A program made the translations under genes and the position numbers. A stretch of 64,000 bases of DNA from Klebsiella phage HMGUkp2: sequence record PV683292.1; one strand, 5' to 3'. Shown in pieces: positions 44,133 through 52,384 of this stretch. Under the pieces are notes generated by a model that worked only from the letters and a program-made list of their open reading frames with translations, was not told the origin of the DNA and did not search any database. Position 1 is the stretch's first letter. Each line of letters starts with the position of its first letter.

Positions 44133-44438
44133 ATGAATGTGGCTCATGAACAACTTGAACGCGAACGTGAAGCCTATGAGCTGTTCGAATACTTGATGTC
44201 TAGTATAGTAGAAGAATTCCGTGTAGATATCAAGTTCTACAGGAGCAACGAGGCTGAACCTAAATTCAAGCTTAATCATGCACTTAAGGCCCAGTTCAAT
44301 AGTGAACCAGGCTGCGTCAGGCTAACCCAGGCTCATCAGACGTATACATTACACGGCCCTTCTCGTAGTGTAGTTTTTGACGCCCTGGAGCGAGTCAAAA
44401 AGATAAGCCAAAAACACGGGTTTACAATGGTTGTGTAA
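44133..44438 (+). CDS. hypothetical protein (101 aa)
   Basis: ATG at 44133 follows SD aaaggtaaag. The ORF track start at 44046 is probably too far upstream. Confidence 0.3.
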   Translation: MNVAHEQLEREREAYELFEYLMSSIVEEFRVDIKFYRSNEAEPKFKLNHALKAQFNSEPGCVRLTQAHQTYTLHGPSRSVVFDALERVKKISQKHGFTMVV

Positions 44439-44458
44439 CAAGGTATAGTACGTATACC
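44419..44458 (+). promoter_or_regulatory. PeSL-like early promoter (GTTTACA-N18-TATAGT) with short dyad ggtata/tatacc
   Basis: The -35 is embedded in the upstream CDS 3-prime end. Drives asiA. Confidence 0.45.
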
Positions 44459-44489
44459 AAAACAAGTGAGATGTCTGTTAAGGAATAAT

Positions 44490-44762
44490 ATGTCTAAGTT
44501 TGAAATAGTTTCTGAAATTATTACTATGGCTTCATTACTGATTAAATTTCAACGTGAAGATATTCTGGAAAATCGTGAAGGGTTTATTGCATTTTTAAAT
44601 GAATGTGGGATTAGAAATGAGTTCGGAAGGGAATTAAACTCGGCTAACTTCCGTAAGATGATAGCCGAGTTATCTGATGAAGAAAAGAAACAGCTGATTC
44701 AAGAATTTAATGTAGGTCATGAAAGCGTATACCGCCATATGGAAATGTACGCTAACAATTAA
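44490..44762 (+). CDS. asiA: anti-sigma-70 factor AsiA, 90 aa
   Basis: EIITMASLLIKFQREDILENREGFIAFLNECGI...FRKMIAELSDEEKKQLIQEFNVGHESVYRHMEMYANN is near-identical to T4 AsiA (90 aa). Confidence 0.9.
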   Translation: MSKFEIVSEIITMASLLIKFQREDILENREGFIAFLNECGIRNEFGRELNSANFRKMIAELSDEEKKQLIQEFNVGHESVYRHMEMYANN

Positions 44763-45419
44763 TCACTTACTCCGCCCTAAAGCTCTTGCGGCCTGCCCAC
44801 ATATTGATGTCAAACGATCTTCTGATATAGACGGTCGTTTGCCATACCAATACATCTCAACAGCCCCAGAATAAATGTTATCCAAGTTAAAATACGGACA
44901 CGAAAACATATAACTCACTTCTTCAGGCTTCTTCTTAGTTGGTAAGAAAACAAATTCGTTCTCACTCCAGTAGTTTCTTCCGGACAAATGCGTAGTATAT
45001 TCAGGTGTAGTTTTATCTATAGGATAACCGCCTAGGTTTTTAGGATCGACTGTGCTTGGTAATTTTCCTTCAAAAGCTATTAAATCTACAAAGTAGTTTA
45101 AGTTCTTTGGTCTGAAATTAAATACTGCACTAAAATCAGCACCACTAGATACATGAACTATTTGAAGTTGCTCGAGCGCCGTGTTCTCAAATTTAAGCTC
45201 TTGAGTTTTTACTAGAATCTCGTTATAACTTTCATACGAACTCTTTACGTATGCATTAGCTATAGAATCGGATTTATACCAAATAAAAGTAAGCCCAAAT
45301 AAGATTACAACCACTATAACTCTGGAAAACAAAAGCTTTCCAGAGGCATTATCTTTAAACAAGCGGTCGAGCACCCCAAATAGAATATCCGATATAGGTA
45401 TAGATATTTTATTGGCCAC
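44763..45419 (-). CDS. t: holin T, 218 aa
   Basis: Collinear with T4 holin T (218 aa): ISDILFGVLDRLFKDNASGKLL...ALEQLQIVHVSSGADFSAVFNFRPKNLNYFVDLIAFEGKLPST...CPYFNLDNIYSGA...ICGQAARALGRSK. The start is GTG, preceded by GAGGAGG. Confidence 0.9.
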   Translation of the reverse strand: MANKISIPISDILFGVLDRLFKDNASGKLLFSRVIVVVILFGLTFIWYKSDSIANAYVKSSYESYNEILVKTQELKFENTALEQLQIVHVSSGADFSAVFNFRPKNLNYFVDLIAFEGKLPSTVDPKNLGGYPIDKTTPEYTTHLSGRNYWSENEFVFLPTKKKPEEVSYMFSCPYFNLDNIYSGAVEMYWYGKRPSISEDRLTSICGQAARALGRSK

Positions 45420-45439
45420 GTGCCCTCCTCACTTTATAT

Positions 45440-45967
45440 TTAATATGCCGTAAATGATAGCTGAAAGGTTCTGTCATCATTGGCATAAAGCCAGTTCCAA
45501 AAAGCATTGTTGTCTGTGCAACTATAGCATCGTCTTCCTCGGTAATCTCGGGAGCTATTAAAATGGAATTGATTGCCGTCTTCAGTATCAACTCGCCAGT
45601 TAACGTTAAAGTTTCCACTGCCTTCCAGAACAATTGCGTCATTATAACCAGACGTTTTGCTTGGCTCTGATAATCCAAAGGCAACTAAATTAAACCCAGT
45701 TTCCCAAATTCCTGATAAAGACCCACGCGCATCGAGCAATACGTTCCATGAAGCACTGTTCTTATCTTTCCAGGCTCCACGAACCCTAGGTCCTGTCGCA
45801 GGGTTGTTACCAGAAATAGTTATACTAGCATTCCAAACGTTTCTTCCTATCATGTTGGACATCCAAAATGGTGTTCCTAACCTTAATTTAGCTCCAGCCT
45901 GGGCCATCCAAGTTTCGCCAGTGACGGCCTTTGCTGAACTTCCTACCCATGGTCCTGTTACTGCCAT
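45440..45967 (-). CDS. 38: long tail fibre adhesin gp38 (T2-type) with divergent receptor-binding domain lacking glycine-rich motifs, 175 aa
   Basis: N-terminus MAVTGPWVGSSAKAVTGETWMAQAGAKLRLGTPFWMSN matches T2 gp38 MAVVGVPGWIGSSAVNETGQRWMSQAAGQLRLGVPCWMSQ. The C-terminal about 120 aa has no GRM repeats. Confidence 0.65.
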   Translation of the reverse strand: MAVTGPWVGSSAKAVTGETWMAQAGAKLRLGTPFWMSNMIGRNVWNASITISGNNPATGPRVRGAWKDKNSASWNVLLDARGSLSGIWETGFNLVAFGLSEPSKTSGYNDAIVLEGSGNFNVNWRVDTEDGNQFHFNSSRDYRGRRCYSCTDNNAFWNWLYANDDRTFQLSFTAY

Positions 45968-45982
45968 GATATCTCCTTAAAG

Positions 45983-46000
45983 ATGGGGCCGAAGCCCCAT
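45983..46000 (-). other. intercistronic RNA hairpin between 37 and 38 (atggggc-ttcg-gccccat), followed by an SD
   Basis: 7-bp GC stem on the minus-strand transcript, then ctttaaggag and the ATG of gene 38. Confidence 0.4.
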
Positions 46001-46004
46001 GTCA

Positions 46005-49000
46005 TTATTTAGATTTAAGTTCTTCAATTTCTGCTTTAAGACCTTTGACCTCAGCTGAAAGTTCTTTCACTGATTCAACAAGAAGAGCAATTACTGAGTT
46101 ATAATTCAGACGAAGCATACCGCCATCTTCTTCATTATCCTGAGTAACTGCTTCCGGAAGAACTTCTTGAACTTCTTGAGCAATCAACCCAGCAGAACGA
46201 GTAGTACCGCCGGAAGTATTATGAAGCTCATAAGTATTACCGCTTAAGGTCTCTACTTTTTCCAAAGCATTTTCAATAACTTTGATATCAGATTTAGCTC
46301 TACGGTCAGAACGAATCTCAACGTTATCAAAAGAACCGTTACGAGTACAGAAGAAGTCGCCACCGGATCTGAAATAGAAATTGTCATCTCGACCAAATCC
46401 ATTAACATTAAGAATAGCTTGGTGATAATTTCCTACATACTCTTGGAAATATAACGAAGCATAAGCACCATTACTAAATCTAGTTACTAATCCTGCGGTA
46501 TTACTGTACGTACCGTTAGGCTGTCCTGCGGGATAATTAGTAGTTGAGCTAATTCCGTTAAAGTTACTAATAGCACCTGGGAATTGACAAGAACCGCTGT
46601 TCCAGAAGTTCCACGTTGGTCCGGAGGCACCGCCTGCTCTTATATTAACGCTACCAGGCTCATCAACCCAAAGAAGACCTTTTTCTGTACCATCTGCTTT
46701 ACGGAAGAACACATGGCTGTTACCAGTGTTCTGAACGTTAACAGAAGTTGATACGCTGAACTCTTGATTAAATCTAGCCTTTCCGTCAACCGTTAAAACG
46801 CCGTTAACAGCAGCGTCCCCGGTAGTCCACAGAGAGGTAGTTTTTAACTGATCGCCTGTAATTGTTAACCGCCCAGTTACAGTACCACCCGCTAACGGAA
46901 GATAAGTATCGCCAGCATTACTAATAGCAGAAGCAACCTTGTCATCAACATATTTCTTGTTGGTGGCTTGGTTATTCTGCGTAGGAGCATCGGCAATTTG
47001 CACATACTTGGTAGTAGGAACAATAATACCGCCGTTGGCATTAATAACGCTTGATACCGTCAAAGCCCTAGAAATTGTTGAATTTCCGTAAACAGTCTGG
47101 TTTCCATCAGCATCTACTTTGAATATATCATTAAACGTATCAGCAGGATTAATTTGGTTGTTGGTATTTGTTGATACCATAACGGTAAATGAGTTAGATT
47201 TACCGATGGCCATTTTTCCTGGCATACCGTTTTTCTTGACTAAACCAATATCAGAGTTTTTGCCAAGAACAATCATTCTGTTATCTTCAGAAACGTTCAA
47301 GTTACCTGTGATTTTCGAGTTCTGGGCCTCGAACTCACCACCAACAGTCATTTTACCGTTTTGGTCAATAACTGTAGCTTGGCTTGCAGTATCGCCATTT
47401 GGTCTTAAATGAAGTGCTTGACCAGCTTTTGCATAGACGACAAAAGCGCCTGTTGAATTTGAACGAATGCCTGGACCATAAGACCATTCAAGCAATGCTT
47501 CACTCGAGCCGTTGGCTTTTACTTTAATGTCAACACCAGAGGTATCACCATAAGGGCGTAATGCAAGGTATTTTGAGTCAGTGGATGAAGAAGCTGATAA
47601 AATCAAAGCTCCAATACCACCGCCCTGCCCTTCTCGTATTCTTGCGCCATTTTTAAATGTGATATAGGGGTCGTTGGTTCCAATGCCGTTGACATTCAAT
47701 CCACCAAACGTTGCCGTTTGCCCTTCACCAACACCGAGGTTATTACGGGCAGCAGCTACAGAAGTTGCTCCAGTACCGCCTAGATTAATTGGTTGAACAC
47801 CAGATACAACTTCTTCCCATGCAGTCCATGAGCCATTTTGGGCATAGCGAACATATGTGCCAACAGTGGTGTTATTCTTTGTAGTAAAGGTCTGCTTACA
47901 TGTCCAATCGTTATCAGAAACTTTACGTAAAGACAGAACTTCGAGAACAAAGTTACCATCAGATATGGGTTTGTTTGCTATCTTAGAACCACCGCCAGAA
48001 GATACACATTTATACAGCTGACGAGTGCCTGGATCGGTTCTTTTAATGACAAGATCATTAAGGTCAATGGTCTTATCAGAAATATCAACTGCCTCTTCGG
48101 TGCCGCGATATGTCTGGTTAAAAACCAAATCTCCTTCTACATCAAGACCATCAGGTTTAACTCGGATGTACTTGCTGGGAGACGGAGTAGCAACTGCATC
48201 TTGATAGCCAAATTGCACGTATCCTTCAGGAGTAATTTTAAGCATTGCTACGGCGGCGCCAGAGCCAACTTTACGTGCAAGAGTTATTCTGCTATACTTA
48301 TCTGAGTTCTCTGAACCAAAATCAGCCATTGTTCCATTAGGGTTTTCGACTTTTAAGTTAGCGTTAATAGTCAAGTTACCGGTCATGGTGTCACCAGTCT
48401 TACTTACTTGCTTATTATCGCCAGCAACGATATCGTTTTTAATAGAAGTCAAATAGTTGTTAAGGTTACCACCAAACATCGAACCAGAGGTAATGTTTCC
48501 GTCTTTGGTTAGCATTGCTGCTCCGCCAATTTTAACTGCTACAGGAACATCAAGGCGGCCATCAGAACGGAAGCTAAAATCACCAGCAGAAGTGCCTCCA
48601 GTGGTTTTTGCACGGATATTAATCTGACCTAAGTCAGCAGTATTAGGCGTCGCCCAAATTACACCACGTTCGTTACCGTCTGTTCTAAACCATACATGAG
48701 CGTTTCCGGTTCCTGCGTTAACATATACTGATGCAGTGCCAGTGCCGGAAGCATGTAAATTAGGAACAGTTAAATCGCCAGTCATGGTATCGCCGGCTTT
48801 CTTAACTTGGGTATCGTTTGTCAGATTACCAAGTCCGACATCAGCCTTAGATGGTTTATTTGCTGTACCGTAGAGTTCGTTGTAGTTAACATTTCCCGCG
48901 GCAAGGCCTGTGTTGTTAATTGCGTATACACGAACTTTAGCACTGGCGTAGTCGATATTAATAGCTGACATGGTATCACCAGCATTCATAAAAATACCAG

Positions 49001-50507
49001 AGCCATGGCTATAAAGACCATTTTGAACACTAACCCCAGATTTAATAGCACCGCGCCAGAAAGTACCGCCGTATGCTTTCAAACGGGTCATCATATCTAC
49101 ATTAGAGGTAATGTTTTCGATTGATTTACCGCCATTACCACCTAAGCCATAAGCGCCATTTTCTAAAAGGTTACCAGTGCCTTCACCGACATCGCGAATA
49201 GCAGCAGTACCTAGGCCTAAGTTATTACGAGCAGCCGCAGAAGAAGTACCACCAGTACCGCCTCGGCTAATAGGCAGAATACCCTCAGTACCACCGTCAA
49301 TATTAGGCTTGTTAAATTCGTCATAGATACGAATAACTGTACTCTCAACTAAACCTTCTGGCGCAGTTGAAGAAGATGTGTAACCGTTAGGCAGATAATA
49401 TTCAGTATCACCAGCAATAGATAACAATGCAACTTTAACACTACCGATAAATGCGCGCTGCATAAACCACAGTTCTAAACCTTCGGAGGTAAGAACTAGA
49501 CTATAACGCAGTTGGTTGGTGTCTTCAAGTGCCGGATTACCGAGACGACGAATCTGTAGATGATTACGAATGTTACTGCTTGTTAATGAGGATGGAAAGT
49601 TTCTAGCACTACAATCGATAAAGTCAATAGAACTATAAGTACTACCGTAGTTACCGCCGTTAGACACCATTAATTGCAGGCGACTCTGGCCTGACCCAGG
49701 GTCTTTTAAAAGAGCAACTTTGATCCATCTAGTTTCTGTGCCTGTAGTTACAGGGAAATTATCCTGCTTAAGTTGGCGCTCGTTTTCTACATTAGTCAGA
49801 AGAGTGCCACCTTTACCAGGGCCTCTTCCGTTCATGGCGTAATAAACCTGGTAATTTCTGAACGTTAAATTGCTATCATTAGTTAATTGAAGAACACCCA
49901 CGCCTCGTTGGTTTTTAATATAGACGTCGTTAGAGCCTACACCCATTTCAAGGACAAGTGTGCTTCCATTGTTAATTTTAACAGTTTTATTAGTGGTTAA
50001 TCTTAAATCGCCAGGAAGAGTAGTATTACCTGAACCATCAAGTAAGACCAGTTTTCGGGCTTCAACGTTGCCCGCGCCGCGTTGTACGAATTGAATAGTT
50101 TCAGCACCATCGTCAATAGTACCAATTTCAAGAATACCACTGTTGCTTGTACCACCTGCACCGATATACCAACCATCGTTAGTTGCACATTTGCCAACGA
50201 TATGACGAGTTATTTCACCGCTTAAATCAGTAGTTTCAAAACTGATAGATTTATTCGGAGCAACAGTAACGTTGTCTTTTAATGTGGTAGTTCCATCAAC
50301 ATTGAGAGTACCGGAGGTATCTAAAAATGGAACGCCTTTACCGGCTAACTGTACTACTTTGTCATTTTCATCTTTAGTATAAATGGCAAGAGTACGCCCA
50401 TGGGTATTCAATGCTATTTCGCCACGGGCTACGATATCGGCACTAGGTGCTTTATTCTCTGTGCTAGTTCTTTTAAATTGTATTTGTTTTAAGTTCTGAT
50501 CGGCCAT
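46005..50507 (-). CDS. 37: long tail fibre distal subunit gp37 with C-terminal peptidase-S74-type intramolecular chaperone domain, 1500 aa
   Basis: Position is 36-37-38-t. Pro/Gly/Thr/Asn-rich fibre repeats. The C-terminal SDRRAKSDIKVIENALEKVETLSGNTYEL...GLIAQEVQEVLPEAV...LRLNYNSVIAL matches the endosialidase/T5 pb1-type autoproteolytic chaperone domain. Confidence 0.85.
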   Translation of the reverse strand: MADQNLKQIQFKRTSTENKAPSADIVARGEIALNTHGRTLAIYTKDENDKVVQLAGKGVPFLDTSGTLNVDGTTTLKDNVTVAPNKSISFETTDLSGEITRHIVGKCATNDGWYIGAGGTSNSGILEIGTIDDGAETIQFVQRGAGNVEARKLVLLDGSGNTTLPGDLRLTTNKTVKINNGSTLVLEMGVGSNDVYIKNQRGVGVLQLTNDSNLTFRNYQVYYAMNGRGPGKGGTLLTNVENERQLKQDNFPVTTGTETRWIKVALLKDPGSGQSRLQLMVSNGGNYGSTYSSIDFIDCSARNFPSSLTSSNIRNHLQIRRLGNPALEDTNQLRYSLVLTSEGLELWFMQRAFIGSVKVALLSIAGDTEYYLPNGYTSSSTAPEGLVESTVIRIYDEFNKPNIDGGTEGILPISRGGTGGTSSAAARNNLGLGTAAIRDVGEGTGNLLENGAYGLGGNGGKSIENITSNVDMMTRLKAYGGTFWRGAIKSGVSVQNGLYSHGSGIFMNAGDTMSAINIDYASAKVRVYAINNTGLAAGNVNYNELYGTANKPSKADVGLGNLTNDTQVKKAGDTMTGDLTVPNLHASGTGTASVYVNAGTGNAHVWFRTDGNERGVIWATPNTADLGQINIRAKTTGGTSAGDFSFRSDGRLDVPVAVKIGGAAMLTKDGNITSGSMFGGNLNNYLTSIKNDIVAGDNKQVSKTGDTMTGNLTINANLKVENPNGTMADFGSENSDKYSRITLARKVGSGAAVAMLKITPEGYVQFGYQDAVATPSPSKYIRVKPDGLDVEGDLVFNQTYRGTEEAVDISDKTIDLNDLVIKRTDPGTRQLYKCVSSGGGSKIANKPISDGNFVLEVLSLRKVSDNDWTCKQTFTTKNNTTVGTYVRYAQNGSWTAWEEVVSGVQPINLGGTGATSVAAARNNLGVGEGQTATFGGLNVNGIGTNDPYITFKNGARIREGQGGGIGALILSASSSTDSKYLALRPYGDTSGVDIKVKANGSSEALLEWSYGPGIRSNSTGAFVVYAKAGQALHLRPNGDTASQATVIDQNGKMTVGGEFEAQNSKITGNLNVSEDNRMIVLGKNSDIGLVKKNGMPGKMAIGKSNSFTVMVSTNTNNQINPADTFNDIFKVDADGNQTVYGNSTISRALTVSSVINANGGIIVPTTKYVQIADAPTQNNQATNKKYVDDKVASAISNAGDTYLPLAGGTVTGRLTITGDQLKTTSLWTTGDAAVNGVLTVDGKARFNQEFSVSTSVNVQNTGNSHVFFRKADGTEKGLLWVDEPGSVNIRAGGASGPTWNFWNSGSCQFPGAISNFNGISSTTNYPAGQPNGTYSNTAGLVTRFSNGAYASLYFQEYVGNYHQAILNVNGFGRDDNFYFRSGGDFFCTRNGSFDNVEIRSDRRAKSDIKVIENALEKVETLSGNTYELHNTSGGTTRSAGLIAQEVQEVLPEAVTQDNEEDGGMLRLNYNSVIALLVESVKELSAEVKGLKAEIEELKSK

Positions 50508-50516
50508 GGCTACCTC

Positions 50517-51194
50517 TTAATATGTGCCAAAATCTATTGTTACTCCGCGCGAAATAACCTGATCTAATCTAGGAGCATATTCACCGGATGTCGCTTTATT
50601 TACTATAACTACACCGGCTTCAGCTCTAAGTACACCAGTCATAGTATCACCAGATTTCAAAACCCGGCTGTTTGCATTAGTAGTAACAGTATTTATTCGC
50701 CCATCAACATAATCTTTACGAGTTAAATGCTGAGCGGCTGTAGGAGCATTATTAGAACTAAGAATAGAAGCTGTTATACTTCCTTTGTTTATTTGATCCC
50801 CAGTTCTAGCGTTCCAAACTACTGTCCGTTCTTTATTATCTAGTGAAGTACGAATACCGACGCCGTACCATGAAACAATGTCAATGTTCGCTGTTGTTAG
50901 AGATGCCGAGTCTCCATTACCAGAATAAAGCCCGTTTAAACTATTACCGCCACTAAAAGTAGCAGAAATCTTAATACCTTCTTTAAATTCTACTTCTTTT
51001 TGGAAACCTTGAGAACCTGTGCCACCGTTAGCTTTTGACACGAAGTCGTTATCCACTGCTTTAGGTTTATCATTAGTCGTGTAAACCGTATAACCACGAT
51101 AAGTCAAAGAGTTTCCAACTGGGACCAATGGCATAGTACCTTGATGCCAAATTGGTAAACCTCCGACTGTAGAACCTGCTTTTAAATCAGCCAT
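50517..51194 (-). CDS. 36: long tail fibre distal connector gp36, 225 aa
   Basis: Size (T4 gp36 is 221 aa) and position between 35 and 37. Confidence 0.8.
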   Translation of the reverse strand: MADLKAGSTVGGLPIWHQGTMPLVPVGNSLTYRGYTVYTTNDKPKAVDNDFVSKANGGTGSQGFQKEVEFKEGIKISATFSGGNSLNGLYSGNGDSASLTTANIDIVSWYGVGIRTSLDNKERTVVWNARTGDQINKGSITASILSSNNAPTAAQHLTRKDYVDGRINTVTTNANSRVLKSGDTMTGVLRAEAGVVIVNKATSGEYAPRLDQVISRGVTIDFGTY

Positions 51195-51218
51195 TTTCGT
51201 CCCCTTATAATATGAACG

Positions 51219-51226
51219 TATTTATA
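51219..51226 (-). promoter_or_regulatory. late promoter TATAAATA (minus strand) upstream of gene 36
   Basis: Exact consensus about 25 nt upstream of the gp36 start. Confidence 0.5.
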
Positions 51227-51252
51227 CGAAAAAAGGAGCCCGAAGGCTCCTT
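51227..51252 (-). terminator. rho-independent terminator after gene 35 (minus strand: aaggagcc-ttcg-ggctcctt-TTTTTT)
   Basis: 8-bp stem plus a 6-T run on the minus-strand transcript. Confidence 0.55.
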
Positions 51253-52384
51253 ATTGTGATTCCCTGAATTCTTTAGCAGTACGATTACCACTACTATCAA
51301 CTTTAGTATTAGGCAATTCAAACATAACAGCCGCAGGAGTTAAAGAACCTTCTGTAGCTTTATTCATTCGAATACCGTTAACACCAAATTCAGCTTGAGT
51401 GGCCGATTGTTCAGGAGCTGGTTCTACAATTTGAACCATCATGACATTTTGAACTGCACTTTCAGCAACAACTGATGTTCTAGGGTACCTAGAAACTACA
51501 GCAGTGAAACCATCTGCACCGGATGGGATTCTTAAGTCCTTTTCAAATCGGACCCATTTATCAGCAGAAGCAGCAGGAACTTCCATAGTAAATGAATCTA
51601 ACATAGTTGTTCCGTTGAACCATCTTACAGACATCCTTGTGGTGCAGTTAGCAGATATTAAGGCCTGTGAAGCAAAAAGATCGACGGTAAATCTAACCCA
51701 CAGGTTTTGCTGAAGGCCATAATCGGCTAGTTTAGAAATAACCACATCTTGTTGAGGGTACCGTTTGTATTCGTACCCTGTTGTATCACTAAATGTCTCG
51801 TTATTTTCATAAGCCCTTTGAGGGATACCGCATAGCCCTACAGTGCCTACGTTATCATAAACCGCCGCCAGTTTTGCTCTAGAGTCCTCTTTAACAATGC
51901 CGTCATTTCCAGTGAAAGCCTCATACAAAATTAATCCTTTGCCTGCAGCAAATATGGCGCAATAGGCGCTATTAGGATATAATTCAGTATAATGTTGTTC
52001 AGGCCAAACAACTGATTTCTTTGATTTAAACCAGGAGGTGACAGAAGGAGAAGTTAAACATCTCTGATTAGTCATTATTGCATATAGACCTGAGGTCTTA
52101 CTATTCATGTACTCGACGAATGCGGCGTTAGCCGCAGATTCACCGTTTGTTAAATCAATAGTTTTAGGAGTACTATCAGCAAAAGAAGTATTAATCTGCC
52201 AGATGTTGATGCCCCGTCCTGGGGCACCTCCGGTATCAACTTGATTAATTTTGAGCACATGCGTATTAGGAACAGCATTAGCATGTGTGGCTATAAGTTC
52301 TATCCAATATCTCACTTGGTTAGATTCTGACAAGATGTTAGTCTCGACAAAATCTTCACCAAATGCAGCCATTAAATTACTCAT
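51251..52384 (-). CDS. 35: long tail fibre hinge gp35, 377 aa
   Basis: Size (T4 gp35 is 372 aa) and position. Start overlaps the gp34 stop. Confidence 0.8.
   Translation of the reverse strand: MSNLMAAFGEDFVETNILSESNQVRYWIELIATHANAVPNTHVLKINQVDTGGAPGRGINIWQINTSFADSTPKTIDLTNGESAANAAFVEYMNSKTSGLYAIMTNQRCLTSPSVTSWFKSKKSVVWPEQHYTELYPNSAYCAIFAAGKGLILYEAFTGNDGIVKEDSRAKLAAVYDNVGTVGLCGIPQRAYENNETFSDTTGYEYKRYPQQDVVISKLADYGLQQNLWVRFTVDLFASQALISANCTTRMSVRWFNGTTMLDSFTMEVPAASADKWVRFEKDLRIPSGADGFTAVVSRYPRTSVVAESAVQNVMMVQIVEPAPEQSATQAEFGVNGIRMNKATEGSLTPAAVMFELPNTKVDSSGNRTAKEFRESQ

Noticed and set aside
45409-45684. 91-aa minus-strand ORF overlapping both the gp38 3-prime end and the holin start
   Set aside because: It lies in an alternative frame of the well-supported gp38 gene and has no SD. 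Probably a frame shadow.
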